NCBI GenBank assembly: GCA_043821645.1
Contig: JBDRCO010000087.1
Location: 128,001-192,000, forward strand
Direction of reading: 5' to 3'
Length of the DNA stretch: 64,000 nt
DNA from: Pseudomonadota bacterium
Lineage (GTDB): Bacteria > Myxococcota > JACRCW01 > JAFGSX01
The position numbers were made by a program, and so were the translations under genes. Shown piece by piece: positions 56,841-64,000 of the stretch; position 1 is the first letter of the stretch, and each line of letters opens with the position of its first letter. Below the pieces are notes generated by a model. The model saw only the letters and a list, made by a program, of their open reading frames with translations. It searched no databases and was not told the DNA's origin.

Positions 56841-59800
56841 CCGCTACAGCTTCTCGCGCACGTCGGACAGTTCACCTCTGGTGGCTCGGCGTGGTCCTGG
56901 CTGCGTGGCCGGCAGGAGCGCACGCCCAGGTCTTCTTCACGCCGACCATCGACGGCAGCAACGCCGAGTGGGGGAGTCAGTTCCACTACCTTGACGGCAA
57001 TGAGGCCGACACGCTGATCCCGGACAATCGCGACATCCGTGTGACCTACGTCGCCAACGACGCCACCTATCTGTACTTTGGCATCGAGACCTACGCCAGC
57101 ATGGGCAACATCGATAGCTTCAACCTGTACATCGACCGCGACAACGACGGTGGGGGGTTTGACTCTAATGACCGCGTCATTGGCGTCGACGTGAACACCA
57201 CCCTCAGCTGCACGGGTCTTCGGGTGTACACGGTCGACGGCAGCGGCACCCCGACTGGAAACGGCACCAATGTTGGCTGCAACAACAACTATGCTCGAGT
57301 TGGCTCCTTTGTCGAGGTCCGGGTCCTCCTCGCCAGGATAGGCATCGGCAGTTCCCCGACCGTCGGCGTGATCTCGGCCATCCGGCCGGTGACGGGCAGC
57401 TACTTCAACGTCTCGCCCAGCCCGCCCTTTCCGACATGGATGCTGTACAACAACACCGGCACCATCACCCCGACCCTGATCCGCGTTACCGCGCTGCAAG
57501 CCAGCGCCAAGGTCGCAGGTGTGGACGTCGAGTGGAGCACATCCGGCGAGCTGCTCAGCCTCGGCACCTGGGTACTCCGGCAGACCGCGCAGGGCGAGTG
57601 GCAGCCCGTGGGCGGCGGTCCGAGCCCCACCGGAATGGCCGTGGCCGGCGCGCGCTACAGGCTGGTGGACCCAGGAGGGCAGGCCGGCGACCGCTATGCC
57701 CTGGCCGAGGTCGACGCCAGGCAGCAGGTCCTGTTCTTTGGCCCCGTCGTCGCCAGCGCGGAGGACAGCCCCGGCAGGCCCATCCGCCAGCAACAGCAGC
57801 TCTGGCGAGGCGTGCCGCACCTCGGCACCACCCGGGGCGCCCTGCGCTCTGTCGAGCCTATCGGGAGCGCGGGCCCCAGAGTCCTGAGCGCGCCGCTGCC
57901 GCCGCTCGCCATGCAATGGCCGCCGCAACGCCGGTCCGTGCCTGAATCTGTGCTGCGCGTACGCGTGTTCGAGCCCGGTCTGCATGTGGTGTGTGATGAC
58001 GACCTGTGGCGATCGGGCTGGCAAAGGGCGGTTCCCGTCGTCACCCTGCAAGACCGCCCCTTGCCGGTGTGGCGCGTACCTGCCCGGCTCGCGGGCTGCC
58101 CTGGTCACGCGTTCTATGCGGCCCAACCGGCTTCGCCCCACGCACCTTTTGAGGCGTACCAGCTCAGGCCCGCGCGCCGCGGCACCCGCTATCCTGCGCT
58201 GCCCGAACCCGGGCGACGTGCGAACGCACCAGCGCGATCCCACTCTGTGGAGCAGCGCTCGCTGCGCCTGGCAAGTCCCACCTTCATCGACATGGGCGAT
58301 GGTTCGCCCAACCGCTTCTTCAGGCAGTGGGTCGCAGGCTTTGCCCCGCTGGACCTGGCTGCCCATCTCCCCGGCGCAGTGGCTGGCGCCGACGTCGTCA
58401 TGAAGGTGGACCTAAGACCGAGTCTCGTCGAGCCCGGCAGTGTGCACGAGCTGGTCGTCACCCACGGAGGCGGCCAGGTGAGCTCCCTGGCCGAGGGACC
58501 GGGTTGGCGCACGGTCGAGCTCACCCTGCCAGGTGCGGCGAGCGAGGAGCTGGCCCTGCAGCTCACCAGTGTCGACAACGGGCTGCTGTACGGAGGCGTG
58601 CTGGTCGGCGATACCGTGCTCGAGTACCCGGGCCGGCTGGCGCTGGAGCAGGGGCGCCTGAGCTTCGAAGCGACCGGTCCTGGCTGGGCCCTGGTCGGGG
58701 ACCGCACCAGTGATCAGGTGCTGGCCCTCGACGTCAGTGACCCGCTCACGCCGCTGCCGCTGCAGGTGAACCTGGTGGGCACGGCGCAGGTCGCGGTTCA
58801 ACTGGCACCCACGCGAGGGGTGCCGAGACGGGTGCTGGTGCTGGAGTGCTCGACGCTGCCCACGGCTGTGCTCGAGCGGGTCGAGACCGATCCTGCTATC
58901 GACGCTGCTAGCACCCACGGCGAGTATCTGGTGCTCGGACACGGAGCCTTGTTGCCGTCGCTGCAGCCCCTGGTCGAGCTGCGGCGCCAGCAGGGTCTGT
59001 CGGTTCAGGTGCTGTCACTGCAGGCGGTGTACGATCGCTTCAGCTTCTCGCAGACCGATCCGCGCGCCATTGCTGCGCTGCTGGCGTGGGCGCGGGAGCA
59101 CTGGGCCGCGCCGCCGCGCTTCATGCTGCTGGTGGGCTCGACCTCCTATGACCCCTGGGGCTACCAGGTGGGCTCGCCGGCTGCCGACGCGCCCATCCAG
59201 ACGCACTGGCTTGACAGCCTCGATCACCGCGCGTGGAGCGACTCGCTGCTGGTGGCCGACGCGGCAGGTCTGCCTCGCGTGGCCGTGGGGCGTTTGCCCA
59301 GCTCGGACCCCGTGGCCCTCGCGCGCTACGTGGCCAAGGTCGTGGACTACGAGGCCAGTCTAGCCACCTTGGGGCGCACCGGGGATGTGCTGGCGCTAGC
59401 AGGCCGCTCGCAGTTTGCGGCGGACCCGGACTTTGCGGTCCTGGCCTCGGCGCTGGCGGAAACCACGGGACTGGCAGCCGTCCCCATCGCGACCGGCGCA
59501 CCTGGCGCCGCTGAACAACTGAGTGCTACATGGCCGCTAGCCGAGCTGGTGCTGTACGTGGGACACGGCGACGCACAGGGCTGGGCCGACGACGCGCTCG
59601 ACCTGCAGAGCCCGGCCACGCTGTCTTCGCAGCGTCCTCCCGTGGTGATCAGCGCCACCTGCATGGATGGCATGTTCATGCGCCCGACGGGGAGCCTGGC
59701 CTGGGCGCTGCTGGACACGGCGAGCGACACGGGCGCCTCCCTGGCCATTAGCGCGACCAGCTTGCTTGATCCCAACGTGGCCTCTGGTTTTACTCAGCGC

Positions 59801-59944
59801 TTGCTGCAAGAAGCCCAGGGTGCCACCTGGGGCGAGGCATGGCTCGCGGCCCAGCTCGCTTCCGGTGACGAGATGGCGCACAGCATGGTTCTCATCGGCG
59901 ATCCCGCGCTGACCGCGCGCCTGCCCGCACCCCAGCACCCCTGA
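56837..59944 (+). CDS. Secreted multidomain protein with C-terminal C25 (gingipain-like) cysteine peptidase
   Basis: Signal peptide AHA|Q; N-terminal DOMON/CBM9-like region; EYLV..LQPLVELRRQQG, FMLLVG, VAVGRLP, YVGHG, SATC, LIGDP. Confidence 0.82.
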   Translation: MTATASRARRTVHLWWLGVVLAAWPAGAHAQVFFTPTIDGSNAEWGSQFHYLDGNEADTLIPDNRDIRVTYVANDATYLYFGIETYASMGNIDSFNLYIDRDNDGGGFDSNDRVIGVDVNTTLSCTGLRVYTVDGSGTPTGNGTNVGCNNNYARVGSFVEVRVLLARIGIGSSPTVGVISAIRPVTGSYFNVSPSPPFPTWMLYNNTGTITPTLIRVTALQASAKVAGVDVEWSTSGELLSLGTWVLRQTAQGEWQPVGGGPSPTGMAVAGARYRLVDPGGQAGDRYALAEVDARQQVLFFGPVVASAEDSPGRPIRQQQQLWRGVPHLGTTRGALRSVEPIGSAGPRVLSAPLPPLAMQWPPQRRSVPESVLRVRVFEPGLHVVCDDDLWRSGWQRAVPVVTLQDRPLPVWRVPARLAGCPGHAFYAAQPASPHAPFEAYQLRPARRGTRYPALPEPGRRANAPARSHSVEQRSLRLASPTFIDMGDGSPNRFFRQWVAGFAPLDLAAHLPGAVAGADVVMKVDLRPSLVEPGSVHELVVTHGGGQVSSLAEGPGWRTVELTLPGAASEELALQLTSVDNGLLYGGVLVGDTVLEYPGRLALEQGRLSFEATGPGWALVGDRTSDQVLALDVSDPLTPLPLQVNLVGTAQVAVQLAPTRGVPRRVLVLECSTLPTAVLERVETDPAIDAASTHGEYLVLGHGALLPSLQPLVELRRQQGLSVQVLSLQAVYDRFSFSQTDPRAIAALLAWAREHWAAPPRFMLLVGSTSYDPWGYQVGSPAADAPIQTHWLDSLDHRAWSDSLLVADAAGLPRVAVGRLPSSDPVALARYVAKVVDYEASLATLGRTGDVLALAGRSQFAADPDFAVLASALAETTGLAAVPIATGAPGAAEQLSATWPLAELVLYVGHGDAQGWADDALDLQSPATLSSQRPPVVISATCMDGMFMRPTGSLAWALLDTASDTGASLAISATSLLDPNVASGFTQRLLQEAQGATWGEAWLAAQLASGDEMAHSMVLIGDPALTARLPAPQHP

Positions 59945-59992
59945 TCCCTCGCAGCGGCGGTCCAAGGCTCCAGCTTGCGGCCCGCACCCTGT

Positions 59993-60913
59993 TCAGATCC
60001 GCGGCCTGAGCCTTTCGACCAGCGCGGTCACGTCCTTGGCGCTGCGCTGCCAGCCGCGCGCCACCACCAGATTCTCCAGATCAAAGGCCAGGGCCTCGCA
60101 GCTGTCGTGGCGCTTGCGGCTCTTGCGCTGCAGGGCCTGGCGCAGGATGGCGTCGAGCTCGGACGGCACCTCGTCGTAGATCTTGCTGGCCGCCGGGATG
60201 TCGGCGTCGCGCACGCGCAGCGCCTGCTCCAGGTCGCTCTCTCCATCGCGCAGGGCGTAGGGCCTCAGCCCGGTGACCATCTCGTAAAGGATCAGGGCCA
60301 GGGCGAACAGGTCGGCGCGGCCGTCCAGGTGCTCGCCGCGGATCTGCTCGGGCGCCATGTAGGCGATCTTGCCCTTGACCCCGCCCAGCACCGAGGTCAC
60401 GGACTCCAGCTTGCCCAGCTTGGCGATGCCGAAGTCGGCCACCTTCACCTGGCCAGCGCGGGTCAAGAAGATGTTGTCGGGGGAGACGTCGCGGTGCACC
60501 AGCTCGAAGTGGCGCCCCGACGGGCTGCAGGCCTCATGCAGGTAGTGCAGGCCGCGACAGGCCTCGATGGCGATGTGCAGGGCCAGGGGCGTGTCGATGA
60601 TCCCGTCCTGCTCCGGACCCTCGCGCAGGGCGTGAGCCAGGTCCAGCCCGTCGATGAGCTCCATGGCAATGTAGTAGTGCCCCTGCACCTCGTCGGATTC
60701 CAGGGTGTTGACCAGGTTGGGGTGATGCAGCAGCACGCTGATGTCGGCTTCGGTCAAAAACAGGTCCAGGGCCTTGGACTGCGCTTCCATCTCTGGACGC
60801 AGGCGCTTGAGCGCCACGTCTTCGCGGTGGCCGTCCTTGCGCGCGCGGTACACGTCGCACATGCCACCCGAGCCAATGCGCTCGATCAGGTTGTAGCGGC
60901 CAAGGCGTTCCAT
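59993..60913 (-). CDS. Cytoplasmic Hanks-type Ser/Thr kinase
   Basis: IGSGGM, VALKR, VHRDVSPDN, DFGIAK, KGKIAYMAPEQ. Confidence 0.93.
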   Translation of the reverse strand: MERLGRYNLIERIGSGGMCDVYRARKDGHREDVALKRLRPEMEAQSKALDLFLTEADISVLLHHPNLVNTLESDEVQGHYYIAMELIDGLDLAHALREGPEQDGIIDTPLALHIAIEACRGLHYLHEACSPSGRHFELVHRDVSPDNIFLTRAGQVKVADFGIAKLGKLESVTSVLGGVKGKIAYMAPEQIRGEHLDGRADLFALALILYEMVTGLRPYALRDGESDLEQALRVRDADIPAASKIYDEVPSELDAILRQALQRKSRKRHDSCEALAFDLENLVVARGWQRSAKDVTALVERLRPRI

Positions 60914-61119
60914 GAGGCCGCCATGCTACCGCGAAAACCTTCAGGGAACAGGCTCAACTGAGGTGCTGTCAGATCCCCTGGAGGCCGCGTCCGTTGGCAG
61001 GGTGTAGGATCTGGCCAGGGGCCGGAAATGCCATCTCGCCCGGCTGCGGTTGTAGGTGAGACAGCCGACGTGCAAGCTCAAAGGGGAGGGACCCGGTCCC
61101 CCCGGGTGGAGGAAGAAAC

Positions 61120-62862
61120 ATGAAGCGCCACGCGATGCCGCTCCTGCTTGGCTCGACCCTGCTCTCCGCGGCCGCCCTGGCCGAACCCGGGGGCTTCTTC
61201 GACATGGGGGCCGACGACCAGCCTACCCAGGTGCTGGTGGATTTCACCGAGGTCGACGCCCAGGGCCTGAGCGAGCTGGCCAAGTCCATGGGCGTCAACC
61301 TGCGCTTCAACTCCGAGTTCAGCGACGCCGACGAGAACTTCGCGGTGGTCGAGGCCGACAGCCCCGGCATGGTGCAGCGCCTGATCTCCCTGTTCCAGGG
61401 CCGCGCCGACGTCGAGTCGGTGGAGCCCAACTACGTCTACCACGGCCTGTTCACGCCCGATGACCCCATGCTCAAGCACCAGTGGCACATGGACATGATC
61501 CACATGGCCGACGCCTGGGCCAAGGCCCGGGGCCGCGGCGTGGTGGTGGCGGTGATCGATACCGGCGTGTCCGACGGCAAGGGCAAGCTCAAGCCTGTCG
61601 AGGATCTGGACCCGGACCGCTTCGTGCCCGGCTACAACTTCGTCAGCGACAGCCCCGACGCCAGCGACGACCACGCCCACGGCACACATGTGGCTGGCAC
61701 CGTGGCCCAGAGCACGGACAACGGCAAGGGCGTGGCCGGCGTGGCCTTCGAGGCGCGCATCATGCCCATCAAGGTGCTCAGTGCCCGGGGCGGCGGCACC
61801 GTGTCCGACATCGCCGAGGGCATACGCTGGGCCGTGCGCCACGGCGCCGACGTCATCAACATGTCGCTCGGCGGACCCTTTCCGTCGCTGGCCCTGGCCC
61901 GCGCCGTGGCCTACGCGCGCTCGCACGGTGTGGTGGTGGTGTGCGCGGCCGGCAACAGCGGGCGCAAGGGTGTGGGCTATCCCGCGGCCCATTCCGGCTC
62001 CATTGCGGTCAGCGCCCTGGGGCCCGACAAGACGCTCAGCTTCTACTCGTCCTGGGGCAAGCAGGTGGCCATCGCCGCGCCCGGTGGCGATACCCGCGTG
62101 GACCTGAACAACGATGGCATTCCCGACGGCGTGCTACAGAACACGATCGTCCCGGGCGACCCCTCGCGCCAGGGCTACTTCCCCTTCCAGGGCACGTCCA
62201 TGGCCTCGCCCCACGTCGCTGGCGTGGCGGCGCTGATCATCGGCCAGGGCATCACCAGCCCCGACAAGGTGCAGGACATCCTCGAGGGCAGCGCCGAGAG
62301 CCTGGGCGACGGTGAGAAGTACGGTGCCGGCATGGTCGACGCGGCGGCCGCGGTATCGCGCGCCATCTGGCGACCTGGTCTGCTGCGTGCCCTGCTCATG
62401 GTCATCCTGGCCTGGCTACTGGCGCGCATCATCCGTACCAGCGACCGCATGTCGTCGTCGGTGGTGACGCCGGGCTTCGTGCTGGCCCTGGTTGTGGGCG
62501 CCTGCGGCCTGTTCTTCCTGCGTGGCTTCGAGACCACGCTGTGGCCGCTGTTCGTGGTCACCAGGCCCGCCCTCGAGTGGCCGGCTGCCCTGCTGGGCTG
62601 GAACTGGCACCTGAACGCTGTGGTGGGTTCGGCCTTGCCCGCCTTCGTGGTTGGTCTGCTGCTGTACGGCATCAAGCCGCTGCGGCCGCTCGCCGCGGGC
62701 TTCGCCGTAGGCGTGAGCGCCTACCTGCTGGCCTGTGCCGTCGACGGCAGTGTCAACGTGCGCTGGGTGCCGGGCGCCGGCGGTCTCTTCGATCGCGCGT
62801 GGCTGGCGGGCAATGCCCTGCTCACCTTCGGCATGGCGCGCATGATGGTTCCCCGACGCTGA
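61120..62862 (+). CDS. S8 subtilisin-like serine protease with C-terminal multi-TM anchor
   Basis: Signal peptide and prodomain; VIDTG, HGTHVAG, AAGN, GTSMASPH; about five TM helices at the C-terminus. Confidence 0.93.
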   Translation: MKRHAMPLLLGSTLLSAAALAEPGGFFDMGADDQPTQVLVDFTEVDAQGLSELAKSMGVNLRFNSEFSDADENFAVVEADSPGMVQRLISLFQGRADVESVEPNYVYHGLFTPDDPMLKHQWHMDMIHMADAWAKARGRGVVVAVIDTGVSDGKGKLKPVEDLDPDRFVPGYNFVSDSPDASDDHAHGTHVAGTVAQSTDNGKGVAGVAFEARIMPIKVLSARGGGTVSDIAEGIRWAVRHGADVINMSLGGPFPSLALARAVAYARSHGVVVVCAAGNSGRKGVGYPAAHSGSIAVSALGPDKTLSFYSSWGKQVAIAAPGGDTRVDLNNDGIPDGVLQNTIVPGDPSRQGYFPFQGTSMASPHVAGVAALIIGQGITSPDKVQDILEGSAESLGDGEKYGAGMVDAAAAVSRAIWRPGLLRALLMVILAWLLARIIRTSDRMSSSVVTPGFVLALVVGACGLFFLRGFETTLWPLFVVTRPALEWPAALLGWNWHLNAVVGSALPAFVVGLLLYGIKPLRPLAAGFAVGVSAYLLACAVDGSVNVRWVPGAGGLFDRAWLAGNALLTFGMARMMVPRR

Positions 62863-62887
62863 GGCTTCGAGCTGCTACAATCTCGTC

Positions 62888-64000
62888 ATGCAAGAAACCC
62901 AGAAATGGATGCGCGCGCTCCAGGCGAGGCCTTGCGTGGCTGGAGTGCTTCACGCGGGTGTGGCGGGTCTGCTGATCGCGCTGGGCGGCTGTCCCGAGCA
63001 AGTGCCCTCGGATCAGCAGTGCACGAGCGATGAGGCCTGTCCTACCGGCTACCGCTGCGTGGCCAGGGTCTGCGTCCAACCCCGGGACGCGAGCCAGGCC
63101 CCGGTGGATGCGGGGACTGGCGATGGCGTGGTACTGGACGTCGGTACCAGGCCGGACGCCATGCCCGACGCTGCCCAGGACGCGAACCTGCCGGATACCA
63201 TTCAGCTCGACACCACGGTGAGGGATCAGCAGTCGGCGGCAGATTCTGTCGCCCCCGGGCCAGATTCCTCGACCGGCGACGCTGTGCGCGCGGACCTGGC
63301 CACCGGCGATCTTGGACCAGCGGACCAGGGCTTGACCGACATGTCTGTCGTCGTGGATTCCATGGCAGAGGTGGATTCGCGCATGGACGGCGAAGCCGGG
63401 ATCGCCGAGGCGGGCTGTGCGACACGCGAGCTTGAACTTTCTCCCGCGGCCGACACCCAGCTGTGCCAGGGCGCGGGCGCCACCATCACCTACGGCGCGA
63501 GCCCCATCTTCAACCTGGGTGTGTGTCGCCCCGCACTGCGCTTCACCGTCGACGCCAGCTCCGCCCAGGCCCTGCGCCAGGGCCGCGTCACCCGGCTCAG
63601 GCTGGTGCTCTACCGCGTGCAGAATCACACCGACTGCGCCGGTGCCTGTCCCGCGGCCACGGGCTGGGCCTTCTTTTACCCGATGCGCAATGACTGGGTT
63701 GAGGGCACCGGACTTGCGGGCCAGGGAGCCAACTGGTTCCAGCGCGATCAGGGCGCGCCCTGGGGAGACGATGGTGCATCGGCGGATGGGACAGACCAGG
63801 ATCGCGCCCATGGTGTCTCTGCGCTGGTCAACGCCTCGGACTCCGTGCTGCAGGTGGATCTGCCGCCCGAGGGTTTTGCCGCCTCGCCATGGCTTGGGGA
63901 TGTCCCGAACCAGAGTTCGGCACAGCTCTCCGTCCTCGCCACGCCCGATACAGGATTGGTCTTCGTGATGGCATCCAAAGAGATGGGTGTCGCCCCGCCG
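62888..64000 (+). CDS. Partial lipoprotein: Cys-rich motif, Asp-rich linker, DNRLRE/CBM96-like domain (runs off the window)
   Basis: Manually translated open frame from ATG 62888 with no stop before 64000. Lipobox LGGC, CTSDEACPTGYRCVARVC, ADT..YG..RF..NDWVEG..ANW..PW..GA, MASKE. Confidence 0.7.
   Translation, partial: MQETQKWMRALQARPCVAGVLHAGVAGLLIALGGCPEQVPSDQQCTSDEACPTGYRCVARVCVQPRDASQAPVDAGTGDGVVLDVGTRPDAMPDAAQDANLPDTIQLDTTVRDQQSAADSVAPGPDSSTGDAVRADLATGDLGPADQGLTDMSVVVDSMAEVDSRMDGEAGIAEAGCATRELELSPAADTQLCQGAGATITYGASPIFNLGVCRPALRFTVDASSAQALRQGRVTRLRLVLYRVQNHTDCAGACPAATGWAFFYPMRNDWVEGTGLAGQGANWFQRDQGAPWGDDGASADGTDQDRAHGVSALVNASDSVLQVDLPPEGFAASPWLGDVPNQSSAQLSVLATPDTGLVFVMASKEMGVAPP

Overview
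High-GC, densely coding bacterial chromosome segment. The gene repertoire points to a Myxococcota/Deltaproteobacteria-like organism (inference): Myxococcus-type Cys-rich repeats, PEGA-containing Ser/Thr kinase and TonB receptor, a vWA lipoprotein and SctL/FliH-like proteins. About 50 CDSs can be supported. They include peptidases (PreP, PepF, S8), an RND efflux operon with a two-component system, yidC-jag, cinA, a phosphomannomutase, ackA, uppS-cdsA, fabH and two Ser/Thr kinases. No rRNA, tRNA, CRISPR array or transposase was seen. The most interesting element is a compact co-directional RiPP-like operon at 53936-59944. It encodes an S24/S26 peptidase, a PqqD/RRE protein, a radical SAM/SPASM enzyme, a 58-aa Cys-containing precursor (YxxP leader, C-terminal Ser, missed by the ORF track), an HPr-kinase-like P-loop protein and a large secreted C25 (gingipain-like) protease. 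Other notable items: a circularly permuted esterase-fold lipoprotein with Cys-rich repeats and a split cupredoxin-like insert; a tandem pair of orphan SctL/FliH-like genes, the first with a 1-nt frameshift; an array of about 8 palindromic operator-like boxes upstream of a TetR gene; a 5-domain repeat lipoprotein inside the efflux operon; and an atypical Jag/KhpB. All family assignments come from motif recognition by eye; no database searches were run.
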